A DNA stretch of 64,000 nt, from contig CAWDYC010000009.1 in the NCBI GenBank assembly GCA_963806535.1, positions 64,001 to 128,000 of the forward strand. Reading direction: 5' to 3'. Positions 31,608 through 41,802 of the stretch are shown one piece after another. The translations under genes were made by a program, and so were the position numbers. Source of the stretch: Candidatus Bathyarchaeota archaeon. Its GTDB lineage: Archaea > Thermoproteota > Bathyarchaeia > Bathyarchaeales > Bathycorpusculaceae. The notes under the pieces are model-generated. The model did not search any database and was not told where the DNA came from. It saw nothing but the letters and a program-made list of their open reading frames with translations. Within the stretch, counting starts at the first letter, position 1. Each line of letters opens with the position of its first letter.

Positions 31608-31817
31608 ATGCCAAAAAAAGGCTACAAAAGCATCACCGTCAAGGCTGAGGTCTATGATTACTTCTTCAAGGAATGGCTCAAAGTCAAAGAAGAATATGCA
31701 ATAAAAAAAGGCATTCACAGCTTCTCGGCATACGTCACCTACCAGCTATCTAAACTAATAAATGAAGATAAGAAACTCAACGACAACGCAAAACGCCATG
31801 AAGCCCTACATCTTTAA
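31608..31817 (+). CDS. ribbon-helix-helix-like protein
   Basis: MPKKGYKSITVKAEVYD...SFSAYVT. Confidence 0.7.
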   Translation: MPKKGYKSITVKAEVYDYFFKEWLKVKEEYAIKKGIHSFSAYVTYQLSKLINEDKKLNDNAKRHEALHL

Positions 31818-31853
31818 ATAATTCTTGATGTGACATGTCAAAGGTGAATTATT

Positions 31854-32855
31854 ATGCCCTGCACGGTGATCGTTGGCGCCTTCTGGGGAGACGAAGGCAA
31901 AGGAAAAATAATTTCTTATTTAGCGCTAAAAGATGACATTGATTTCTGCGTTAGAACAGGCTCAGTAAATGCTGCTCATACAGTGTGGTTTGAAGGCAAA
32001 AAATACGCCCTACACATGGTTCCTGCTGCATTCTTAAATCCAAAAACACGCCTGCTAATAGCGGCAGGAGCTAACGTTGATGTTAAGACATTTCTTAGTG
32101 AAGTTGAATTAACTAAAGTGCAAGGCAGAATTGCTATAGATCAAAATGCTTCGATTATTGAAGAGAAACATAGTGCTCAGGACAAGGCAAGCGCCGTCAA
32201 TAAAGGGATTGGAACTACAGGGCGAGGTGTAGGTCCAGCCTTGGAAGAACGTGTTAGGCGAACTGCAAAGCTTGCCAAAGACATCCCTGAATTAAAATCG
32301 TACCTTGCTGACCAAGTGCAAGAAGTTAACGACGGTTTGGATTCTGGCAAAAAAGTGGTTCTGGAAGGTACACAGGGCTTTATGCTGTCGCTGTTTTTAG
32401 GCGGTGGTTACCCCTACGTAACAGGAAGAGATACTGGGGCATCAGCTATAGCTTCAGAAGCTGGTGTGGGGCCTACACGAGTTGACGATGTATTAATCGT
32501 TTACAAATCATTCATAACAAGAGTTGGAGCTGGCCCATTGCCTGGAGAAATAACAAAAGAAGAAGCCCAGAAAAGAGGTTGGTTTGAAGTCGCAGCTGGA
32601 ACAGGCAGAGATAGACGTTCCGCACCTTTTGATTTTGATTTAGCCAAAAAAACTGCCAGAATAAATGGTGCCACTCAAGCTGCGATGACTAAATTGGACT
32701 GTATTTTCCCTGGTTGCAGAAGCGCCAAAAAATATAGTGATCTGCCCAAGGAAGCAAAAGAATTCATAAAAGAAGTGGAGGACAAGACAGGAGTTCCCAT
32801 TGTTTTAATTGGCACTGGACCTGAAGCATTGGATATAGTGGACCGTAGAAAATAG
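31854..32855 (+). CDS. purA: adenylosuccinate synthetase (short archaeal type)
   Basis: WGDEGKGK, IGTTGRGVGP, EGTQG, YPYVT, TRVGAGP, TKLD. Confidence 0.95.
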   Translation: MPCTVIVGAFWGDEGKGKIISYLALKDDIDFCVRTGSVNAAHTVWFEGKKYALHMVPAAFLNPKTRLLIAAGANVDVKTFLSEVELTKVQGRIAIDQNASIIEEKHSAQDKASAVNKGIGTTGRGVGPALEERVRRTAKLAKDIPELKSYLADQVQEVNDGLDSGKKVVLEGTQGFMLSLFLGGGYPYVTGRDTGASAIASEAGVGPTRVDDVLIVYKSFITRVGAGPLPGEITKEEAQKRGWFEVAAGTGRDRRSAPFDFDLAKKTARINGATQAAMTKLDCIFPGCRSAKKYSDLPKEAKEFIKEVEDKTGVPIVLIGTGPEALDIVDRRK

Positions 32856-32902
32856 GAACTTTTATTTGCTAACAAGCAAATGCTCTTTCAAGGCGTCATG
32901 AA

Positions 32903-34043
32903 ATGATAGCGTCCAAGCGTTTTATTAAAGCGTCAGCTAGTCTACTAATTCTCTTGTTTGCAGCAGGATTACTTGTTGGAGGATTAGGCATTTATTATAT
33001 AACTTATCTGCAGGTCAACAGCTTAAATACTCAAGTTTCAAATCTCCAGAATCAGGTTTCTGACCTTAGAGGATTCCAAAACTCAACCTACCAAAATATC
33101 ACTATACTTCAAAACGGCAGTTCTATAGCTGACATTTACCGATGGAGTGCGCAACTCTGTTGTTTTAGTGCAAGGGAACACCGACAATGGAACGGTTCAA
33201 GGCTCAGGTTTTGTCTACAATTTTGAAGGCTCTATGGTTGTTTTAACTAATTATCATGTTGTTCAAAGTACGACTGGTTTAAGCGTTACATTCTCTGATG
33301 GACATGGTTATTCAGTCAAGATTCTAGGAACTGACCCTTATTCTGATTTAGCAGTGCTTTCCGTGAATGATGCTCCATCTTCCGAGTTTAAACCAGTCAC
33401 TATTGTAAGTTCGTCCACACTTAATGTTGGTGAATTAGCCATCGCTATTGGAAACCCCTATGGGCTAGTTGGATCGTTAACAACTGGCGCAGTAAGCGCT
33501 CTTGGAAGAACAATAACTGAAGATATAGCTGGAGGCTATGCGATTGCTAATATTATTCAAACAAGCACACCTATTAATCCTGGAAATTCGGGTGGACCAT
33601 TACTTAATGCTGTCGGAGATGTTGTCGGGATTACCGCCGCCATAGTCACAGATTCACAAGGATTAGGTTTTGCAATTCCCTCAGATACAATACTTCGTGA
33701 AATAACAGCGTTAGTAACAACTGGCTCATACCATGGACACTCTTATCTTGGCGTAACAGGACGAGACATGGATTACACAACCGCGCAACAAACAGGTGCA
33801 ACTGTTACATATGGTTGGAAAATCGCGTCAGTAGTAACTGGAGGACCTTCAGATGGCAACTTAAAAGTTGGAGACATCATAGTTGCCCTTAATAATCAAA
33901 CAATTAGAAATAATGATGATTTAGCAAGCTACTTAGAAGAACATACCTTGCCCGGCGACAGTTTACTTATAACTGTTGCCAGAGGAAACACGCAGACACA
34001 AGTAACCGTTGATCTTGGGGAAAGACCAGCACCAACCTCTTAG
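32903..34043 (+). CDS. HtrA-like trypsin protease with PDZ domain (frameshift near 33145)
   Basis: TM and coiled coil, GSGF, TNYHVV, DLAVL, GNSGGPL, then a PDZ domain. Confidence 0.9.
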
Positions 34044-34219
34044 GACTTTTTTTTAGATTTTTTTAGTCTTATTTGACACGCTAATATTCTGAAGCAAAAA
34101 TTGCATTTTCTTGGTCAAATATGTTAGCAAGTAACTTTTCGTCGTGTTTTTTGTAATCTATTTAAATCAAAGATAAATACTGGTAGTGCAATTTCGTTAC
34201 GTTAATGGAGAAATAAAAG

Positions 34220-34642
34220 TTGTCTGTAGCGCAAAGAAAATATTTCACTGAAATCGCCGCGTTGGCAGATAAAACGGTATCTGTCGTCACAACTACAGGA
34301 AAAACATTTACCGGCACATTGATCGGAATTAACCCTGACAATATGAGTCTTAGCATAAGTGATGCGAAAGATGACTCTGGAAAATTAGTTCACAGAATAT
34401 TTCTAAACGGATCTGTTGTCGCTCAAATCTCAAGCGCAGAAAAACCCTTTGACCTTAAAGCCTTGGCTTCAAGACTTGAAAAAGTGTTTCCAACTATGGT
34501 TAAACTATACGATGATCAAGGATTCATCTGGGTAATGGACAAGGTAAAACTAACTGAAAAAGGTGTAATTGAAGGTTCAGGTCCGGCTGCCGATCGAGTG
34601 CAAAGAGTATACGAAGCATTCATGAGTGAAGTAAAAGCCTAA
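34220..34642 (+). CDS. Lsm/SmAP3-type RNA-binding protein
   Basis: Sm1/Sm2 motifs plus a C-terminal extension (FDLKALA..LE, GSGPAADRV). Confidence 0.8.
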   Translation: MSVAQRKYFTEIAALADKTVSVVTTTGKTFTGTLIGINPDNMSLSISDAKDDSGKLVHRIFLNGSVVAQISSAEKPFDLKALASRLEKVFPTMVKLYDDQGFIWVMDKVKLTEKGVIEGSGPAADRVQRVYEAFMSEVKA

Positions 34643-35392
34643 ATAAACCAGCGCAGTTGTTGCTCCTCTTTCTTCTTTTCTTCTGTAATGCTTCTGATAA
34701 TTCCAAATGATTCTAAGGTCTTTTTGATTTCAACTCCGCTTTCTTCAAGCTTGGATTGGTCAACGTTAAGATTCAAGTATTTGTCAAGTAAATTCAAGGC
34801 ATATCTTGCAGCGTTTACGTCCGGGTTCATTCCGGGGGTATCTACAAGAAGCGAGAAACCTTTTATATCCCTGATTTTAGCCAGCCCAATAGATAAGCCA
34901 GCGATGCCGAAAACATGTCCAACCATCACTTTAGTTCCTAAATCCAAAGCTTCCTGCATTGACTCCAAGTCTGTTGCTGTACTGTAAATTGCAGGTACTG
35001 GTTGGACTTCATCTTTTTTGAATCCTCCAATAGAAATTACGAAGCGGCAACCAAATTGCTGTGCTAAATCAAGAACTTTACCAACCAATTCATATTGCCC
35101 AACAGTTGTCAATGCTTGTGTGTTTCCAAACCAAATAATTAAGTCGCGTTTGCCATTTTCCCGCTTAACATAATAGAGTTCATTTATGGGTGTAAGTGCT
35201 CCGCCATCTCCAGTTGTCACTGCAAAATCTTGGAATGAGGAAGAAAAGATCTGCACAAATTTTTTGGCTTTAAGCTCTTTTATCAAATGCAAGTGTTGCG
35301 ATGTTAGCTACAAATCCTATTCCAGGCAACCCTTCGATGAGGATTGGATCGTTAAGTTGCGGTTTTTCACTTATGTCTATTGAGCAAACCAT
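34639..35392 (-). CDS. PAC2 family proteasome assembly chaperone (frameshift near 35300)
   Basis: PILIEGLPGIGFVANIA upstream, then ISIGGF, GIAGL, PDVNAA. Confidence 0.85.
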
Positions 35393-35535
35393 TGTTGCGC
35401 ATCTCTCTTCGGTATTAGACAAACTATTGTGATATAAGTATGTCTAATCTAAGAGAACAATGCAAAGTTAGTTATTTGTTGTTATTTTGAGATTTTGGAA
35501 TAAGCTTAAATTTTCAGCGAGGTAATTTAAAACGG

Positions 35536-36991
35536 GTGTATACCTTGCGGAAGCTTGCATGTGCAATTCTAGCTATAGCCATTTTGTCGTGTGGGCTTCT
35601 ATTTCTTGAAGGTGCACATGCCACTTACGTTTATGCGCAAACAATTACAGGAAACACCACTTGGACAATTCAAAACAGTCCTTATTTTCTGCAGGGAAAT
35701 GTGGTTGTAGACAAGGGAGTTACGTTAACTATTCTGCCTGGTGTAACGGTAAATTTCGGTAGCTACCAGCTAACAGTAGCTGGCACATTAAAAGCGCAAG
35801 GTAGCATTGGAATGGTGATAGTTTTCTCAAGCAGTGGGTTTTCGAATCAAGGAATTAATTTCACTCCAAACAGCATTTCTTCTATAATAGATGACGCACT
35901 AATTTACTCGGTGCCCATTATTATCAATGGCGGGTATACCCAGATAAGCAATAGTTACTTCGCAAGTACACCTACGACCCCAATTACGGTTAACAGCGCT
36001 TCTTCTTCAATACAAAGTAACACAATAAACTTCCAATCGTGTAACGGAATTCAAATCAATGGAGGGTCGGTTTCCATTTTGAATAATTTGATAATAGGTC
36101 AAGGGCAAAACTACGGAATCTACACCAAAGGCGCCGCTATCATCACCAACAACAATATTACTAATTGCTTTTCAGGAATTTATGCAGCAACTCAATCAAC
36201 CATTCAACAAAACAATATCATGTATAATATTAACGATGGAATCCGCAGCGACAATTCATCGTCTCTAATTCAGAACAATGCAATTGCGAACAACCTGTGC
36301 GGGGTCAGTGGAACTGGCGATATTGAAAGCAACACTATCACTGGTAATTCTGTAGGAATATGGGGGCCAAATTTGACGGCAACTATTACTTTGAACAACA
36401 TTTTCGCAAACTTTAATGCGACAGGGGGTTATGTGCAAAACATTCACATGACATTTTTGGATAATTTATCATTCCCCAATAATTGGTGGGGACTAACCGA
36501 TGTGTCGGCGATTAACCAAACAATTTGGGATTTCAAAAATGATACCGCACACTTAGGAATAGTAAACTTTAGTCCATTCTTGAATCAAGCGAATCCTAAC
36601 GCACCTTCTGTCCCGACCGTTATTCCTGTTCCAACGCCACCTTTGAGTCCTACTCCTGGTTCAACTTCAACTCCAACAATAACTCCTTCACCCACCTCGA
36701 GCGTTACAGCAACTCCAACACCAACTTCAGTCTCGGAAACTCACTCCATATTCGACTCCAGAACTAAATCCTACCCAAACGCCCCAATCACCACAAGGAA
36801 GCCCCGTCACAAGTATAGGTCAATTCAGCATGACGGACATAACTAATATGTTAGTTATTGTCTTAGCCATTGCATTGGCCGTCACAATAATTGTTATTAT
36901 CAACATCAAATCGAGAAAAACTCAAAACAAAAAATCACCAAAGAAACAGCAGCGACGAAGTAAGCCAAGAAAAGTGTTTCCTGAAAGTTAA
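35536..36991 (+). CDS. secreted right-handed beta-helix surface protein with Pro/Thr linker and TM anchor (frameshift near 36740)
   Basis: TTWTIQNSPY, TLTILPGVTV, NNI repeats, NNWWG, PTPT tract; the TM segment is in a shifted frame. Confidence 0.75.
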
Positions 36992-37057
36992 CTCTTTTAC
37001 TAAGCTTTTTTTAAACTTTTTTATAACCGAGCAACCCATCATGTTTAGGCTTCAGAA

Positions 37058-38683
37058 TTGAGTTTCGAAATTAAAGAAAAAGACTTGCTTGGCAGAATAG
37101 GCAAATTAAAAACTAAAAGCGGAACAGTGGAAACTCCCCTTTTGTACCCTGTAATTAATCCCAGCATTCAGCTTGTTACGCCAAGAAAGCTTAAGGAAAC
37201 CTTCGGTTTTGAAGCAGTAATAACGAACGCTTACATACTCAATAAACGCTATGGCGACAAAGTAGCCAATGAAGGCTTGCACAAATTTCTAGATTTTGAT
37301 GGAGCTGTAATGACTGATTCAGGAGCCTACCAAATCCTCGTTTACGGCGGAGTAGAAGTCAGCCAAAAAGAAATCGTTGCCTACCAAGAATGCATCGGCA
37401 GCGACATTGCTACAATGCTTGACATACCAACAGGGTGGAAAGTGACTAAAGAACAAGCCCAAGAAACCGTCGCTGAAACCCTTAGAAGAGCCAAAGATTT
37501 CTTCAAAATCAAAACGCGCGACGATATTTTATGGGTTGGACCAGTTCAAGGCGGAAGACACCTTGATCTTGTTGCAAGTTCGGCTGCCGAAATGGGAAGC
37601 CTACCCTTCCAAATCCACGCACTTGGAAGCCCGACTGAAGTAATGGAAAGCTACCGATATGACGTTTTAGCTGACATGATTCTAACAGCCAAAAAAGGCT
37701 TACCAATAGAGCGGCCATTGCACTTGTTTGGCGCTGGGCACCCATCCATGTTTTCACTTGCTGTTTCGCTTGGCTGTGACCTTTTCGATTCAGCAGCTTA
37801 CGTTCTGTATGCTCGAGAAAATCGTTACATGACTGAAAACGGCACATGGCACCTGAATGAGCTAGATTATTTTCCATGTTCATGCCCTAGATGCTCAAGT
37901 GAAACGCCAAGAGGGCTTGAACGAAAAACGAAGAAAGAGCAGGAGGTTTTCTTAGCTGAACATAATCTCTACGTTTGCGTTGCCGAGATGAGGCGAATCA
38001 AACAGGCTATTCGAGACGGTAGATTATGGGAACATACAGAAATGCGAGTACATGGTCATCCAGCATTACTCACTGCTCTCAAAAAACTGAGGGAACACGC
38101 TGATTTCCTGGAAAAGTACAGTCCAATAGCGAAGAGCAGTGGCTTTTTTTATTTTGATTCCGAAGGACTTGCACGCCCGGAAATCGCCCATTTTCGCATC
38201 CGTCTCACTGAAAGATATGAACCACCCAATGAGGTGAAAGTTCTTTTTCTTGTGCCCCAAACACGGAATAAACCGTTTCACAAAGCGCCTGAATTCAAGA
38301 AGATTCGCCAGCTTTTCCGCAGTTTAGGCGAAAATCTTGAATCAAAAATCCATGTGTGCGTATACTGCGCCCCTTTTGGCGTAGTTCCATTGGAACTTGA
38401 TGAGATTTATCCGCTTAGTCAACATGAAGCGGCATTGCTAATTGACTTAGAAACTATGAATTATGTGGCAAACCAAACCCGAGAATACATCAAGCGCTCG
38501 ACTTATGGCAGTGTGGTTTTGCTTAATGATTCGAAAATGTGGCAGGGTATTATTAAAAAAGCTTGCAAATTAGCTTGTAAAGAAAAGGGTTTGACTTTTG
38601 ATTATGTTGATGCTAAGGTGAGGGGAAGCAAAGAGATTTTAGGTCGTTTAGAAAAGATTTTTCGGAAACATCTAAGTGAATAA
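37058..38683 (+). CDS. tgtA: archaeal tRNA-guanine(15) transglycosylase
   Basis: ETP..PV, MTDSGAYQ, LDIPT, PVQGG, HLFGAGHP, DLFDSA, CSCPRC, HNL. Confidence 0.95.
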   Translation: MSFEIKEKDLLGRIGKLKTKSGTVETPLLYPVINPSIQLVTPRKLKETFGFEAVITNAYILNKRYGDKVANEGLHKFLDFDGAVMTDSGAYQILVYGGVEVSQKEIVAYQECIGSDIATMLDIPTGWKVTKEQAQETVAETLRRAKDFFKIKTRDDILWVGPVQGGRHLDLVASSAAEMGSLPFQIHALGSPTEVMESYRYDVLADMILTAKKGLPIERPLHLFGAGHPSMFSLAVSLGCDLFDSAAYVLYARENRYMTENGTWHLNELDYFPCSCPRCSSETPRGLERKTKKEQEVFLAEHNLYVCVAEMRRIKQAIRDGRLWEHTEMRVHGHPALLTALKKLREHADFLEKYSPIAKSSGFFYFDSEGLARPEIAHFRIRLTERYEPPNEVKVLFLVPQTRNKPFHKAPEFKKIRQLFRSLGENLESKIHVCVYCAPFGVVPLELDEIYPLSQHEAALLIDLETMNYVANQTREYIKRSTYGSVVLLNDSKMWQGIIKKACKLACKEKGLTFDYVDAKVRGSKEILGRLEKIFRKHLSE

Positions 38684-38892
38684 CATGATTCAAGCCGACC
38701 TTCATCTCCGCGGCTATATCTTTTTAAGCTGTGAAAATCTTGACAAATAAGCGTCAAAAGAAATTAGACCTTCCTAAAGATTCAACATGTCCATTTTGCG
38801 GAACTAAAATTAATCATTCTCAGATGTTAACTTTTGGTTGCTGCAGAACTTGCAGTATGTTAAATTGGAGCTAAAACAAGTCATAAGTTCTC

Positions 38893-39597
38893 TTAAGATA
38901 AACCTACATTCTTGTCAATTTCGCAGCTTATTCCATCGTTAAAATCTTGAGAAAAATCTTGATTCTTTTGGGCTAAATGTAATGTAGCCTCAAACGTAAT
39001 GTTTCCTAATGGGAAACCAACCATAGTTGTGCTGTTGGTACCTTGATCTCTAAAGACGTTTCGAAGAACACCTGAATTCAAATATACGTAGGCTTGAACC
39101 CATAATTTGTCAGTGACAGGGTTCATTACATTCTTTAAAATAGGATACTCATATTGATGGTTGTTTAAGAAAAATGAAGTACTTGCATACTTGGCAAGGC
39201 TCATATTAACATAGTAATAGGTCACTTCGCTGTCTAAACTATTTGGGTCGGTAAAACTGATATTTTTTACATTTACCGTCAACATTCCATCGAAAGGTGA
39301 ATCAACCTTTAAATCAATATTTACCATGCCTTCAAGGAAAATTACTGTTTCGTTAGGTCTAAAATCAAAATTTCGAAGCGTAGATGAGCTTGTATCATTA
39401 GAAAATATGACGGGTGTAAAGTTATAAAGCAAGTTCTGGAGTGTAATGTTTTGTCTTGAATAATAATCGGAAGAAATCGCTGAATATACTGTTGCAGTTG
39501 CTAGAGCAATGCTCAAGATTAAGCTAATAATTTGCCAAAAGGTGGGTCTTTTTGCCTTCTTTTCTTTAACCTTTACACCAAACGGTTGCAGGGTCAT
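38893..39597 (-). CDS. hypothetical membrane-anchored protein
   Basis: N-terminal TM segment and an Asn-rich beta ectodomain. Confidence 0.6.
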   Translation of the reverse strand: MTLQPFGVKVKEKKAKRPTFWQIISLILSIALATATVYSAISSDYYSRQNITLQNLLYNFTPVIFSNDTSSSTLRNFDFRPNETVIFLEGMVNIDLKVDSPFDGMLTVNVKNISFTDPNSLDSEVTYYYVNMSLAKYASTSFFLNNHQYEYPILKNVMNPVTDKLWVQAYVYLNSGVLRNVFRDQGTNSTTMVGFPLGNITFEATLHLAQKNQDFSQDFNDGISCEIDKNVGLS

Positions 39598-39641
39598 AAA
39601 ATATAATATGGAAATGGCACTTTTAAGACTTCTACTAAAGT

Positions 39642-39670
39642 GAAAGTAAAACTAGGACAAAAAAGCGCAA
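39642..39670 (+). repeat. 29-bp imperfect direct repeat, copy 1
   Basis: GAAAGTAAAACTAGGACAAAAAAGCGCAA. Confidence 0.6.
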
Positions 39671-39677
39671 TGAAGAA

Positions 39678-39854
39678 TCAGATAAATACAAGTTTTTCAC
39701 CGCACATAGGGCACTCTACAGGATATTTATTTTGAAAGTATAGTAATTCGTAGCAACAAACAGAGCAGAAATGTATTTGGCATTTTGGACAGAGCTTGGA
39801 AGCTGCACCTATCCGTTTTCCGCATGCGTCACACGGTCGGGTTAAATCTACCAT
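39678..39854 (-). CDS. 58-aa C4C4 RING-like zinc finger (not in the ORF track)
   Basis: MVDLTRPCDACGKRIGAASKLCPKCQIHFCSVCCYELLYFQNKYPVECPMCGEKLVFI, with a TATATAA box upstream. Confidence 0.75.
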   Translation of the reverse strand: MVDLTRPCDACGKRIGAASKLCPKCQIHFCSVCCYELLYFQNKYPVECPMCGEKLVFI

Positions 39855-39931
39855 AGTCCTGATTTTGAGGTTTTAATATATTATATAACGGTGAGGTTGA
39901 ACCGACAGTTTAGCGCACTAGAGGCTTAACC

Positions 39932-39960
39932 GAAAGTGAAAACTTGGAAAAAAAGCGCAA
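39932..39960 (+). repeat. 29-bp imperfect direct repeat, copy 2
   Basis: GAAAGTGAAAACTTGGAAAAAAAGCGCAA. Confidence 0.6.
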
Positions 39961-40009
39961 GAGAGCAAAAACTAAAAGCTTATTCAATCAATACAGTTAA
40001 AGACCACTA

Positions 40010-40840
40010 ATGCCTGAAAAAAAGAAATGTTTTGTAATATCTCCTATAGGCAAACCTAAGTTAAAAACAAATAAAGAAGCAAATAGTGTTTTCGAATATG
40101 TTATTTCAAAAGCAGTAGTACCTTTAAACTACACGGCAATTAGGTCAGACCATATTGCTAAATCAGGGCACATCACCATTCAAATTATCGAGCATTTAAA
40201 GAATGATGAACTCGTAATAGCTGATGTAAGAAAACCAAATCCGAATGTTTTCTACGAACTTGCTATTAGACACGTGACAAAAAAGCCATATATTCTCCTT
40301 AAAAAGCCACGGGGAAAACTACCCTTTGATATTGCAGATTGTAGAGCAATTGGCCTAGATATTACTGATCCTGAAAGCGTTGAAAATGCAAAAAAGGGCA
40401 TTGAGGAACAGATAAATTCAATGGAAGAAGAAACAACCAATCCTCTCTCTTTAGCTCTTGACAATTTGTTTTTACGTGAAAGCCTTCATCCTATGGAGAA
40501 TCAAATAGGTGAAATTTTTAGAATTGTTTCCGTAATGTCAGCAAGTTCAGCTTTGGGAATGACTGATAAGGAGATTGAACACCAACTTAAAACAGCTACT
40601 CGAATAAGTAGCGATGCCTCAAAACAAGCATGCAAACTAAGGGCGATTGCAGAAGCCATTAAAAACAACGGTAAACTCTCTGCGGAACTTGGAGAGATTA
40701 AGACAATGGAAGAAATTGCACAACAACTTTTCTCATATTATAGAGACCTAACGTTTTGGAATAGAGCCAGATATAGAGAAGCCCAGCGTAACCAAATGGT
40801 GGGTCAAGCGAACCAAAAGACAAGTGATGCAAAAACTTAA
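40010..40840 (+). CDS. nucleoside 2-deoxyribosyltransferase-like domain with helical C-terminus
   Basis: CFVISPIG, RSD, I..QIIEHL, VIAD, NPNVFYELAIRH, LPFDI. Confidence 0.75.
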   Translation: MPEKKKCFVISPIGKPKLKTNKEANSVFEYVISKAVVPLNYTAIRSDHIAKSGHITIQIIEHLKNDELVIADVRKPNPNVFYELAIRHVTKKPYILLKKPRGKLPFDIADCRAIGLDITDPESVENAKKGIEEQINSMEEETTNPLSLALDNLFLRESLHPMENQIGEIFRIVSVMSASSALGMTDKEIEHQLKTATRISSDASKQACKLRAIAEAIKNNGKLSAELGEIKTMEEIAQQLFSYYRDLTFWNRARYREAQRNQMVGQANQKTSDAKT

Positions 40841-40884
40841 AGCTGAATTCTATCTTAATGATTAGCTGTTTGGATTGGAAATCA

Positions 40885-41037
40885 ATGGCTAAGCCTAAGA
40901 GAAGCAAAAAGCAACTAATACCTCAGAAAATAATTGATGAAGACTTAGCTAAAAGTAGCATAGTTAACCAAGATGTTAATGAAAAATATGAAGAAAAACC
41001 AAATCAGCCATATGGAGACGAACAAACAAAAGTATAA
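40885..41037 (+). CDS. possible 50-aa hypothetical protein
   Basis: MAKPKRSKKQLIPQKIIDEDL...; an open frame with no recognised motif. Confidence 0.3.
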   Translation: MAKPKRSKKQLIPQKIIDEDLAKSSIVNQDVNEKYEEKPNQPYGDEQTKV

Positions 41038-41155
41038 TGATTGAAGCTTATCCTTCTTTTTTCATTAATCTTTTTTAGCGGGAGCAACAATATTGAGTAT
41101 GAAATCGACTAAAAATCGACTTTAGAGTGTTAATGGGGATGTAATTATAGAAACA

Positions 41156-41746
41156 GTGTACGGCGACCTTCATATTCACACTGTGTACTCTTCTGATTCG
41201 CTTATTCAACCTAAAACAATAGTTGATATGCTCTTAGCTCACAGTTTTATTAAAGTGGCAGCCATAACCGACCATGATAGCGTCCGCGGTTGCAGAGCAA
41301 CAATTGAGTTGGCTTCTGCTTACCCTGATATCTTGATTATACCCGGAGTAGAAATTAGTACAACGGACGGAGACATGTTAGTTTTGGGCACTGAAGAGTT
41401 GCCACCAAAGCCTTGGACACCAGAAGCAGTTGTTGATTACGCAAAAAGCATAGATGCTGTTACGATTGTCGCACATCCGTTTCGAGAGTATGGAATGGGG
41501 GAAATAGCGAGAAAATATAATGTTGACGCGATCGAGGTCCTCAACGGTAACTCTTCGACAGCTGCAAATAATGAGGCTAAAACGCTTGCTAAAAGCATGG
41601 GTTTACCGGGTACAGCCGGTAGCGATGCCCATAATGTTTCCGAGTTGTTTTGCGTCAACGCGAAAATCGATGCAAATTTGAATGTTGAATCTGTGTTGAA
41701 TGCGATTAAGAAGGGTTCTTTATCTGTTCAATTGACAAAAGGATAA
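41156..41746 (+). CDS. PHP domain phosphoesterase
   Basis: DLHIHTVYS, AITDHD, PGVEIS, AHPF, GSDAH. Confidence 0.9.
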   Translation: MYGDLHIHTVYSSDSLIQPKTIVDMLLAHSFIKVAAITDHDSVRGCRATIELASAYPDILIIPGVEISTTDGDMLVLGTEELPPKPWTPEAVVDYAKSIDAVTIVAHPFREYGMGEIARKYNVDAIEVLNGNSSTAANNEAKTLAKSMGLPGTAGSDAHNVSELFCVNAKIDANLNVESVLNAIKKGSLSVQLTKG

Positions 41747-41802
41747 ATATGTTTTTAAAACAGCTTAGTTAATTTTTAATCGTTAACTGTTAACAATAAG
41801 GA

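Noticed and set aside
36600-36790. Repeated ACTCCA/ACACCA motifs
   Set aside because: Explained by the Pro/Thr linker of the surface protein.
38200-38683. tgtA lacking a C-terminal PUA domain as a novelty
   Set aside because: Short or split forms of archaeal TGT are already known.
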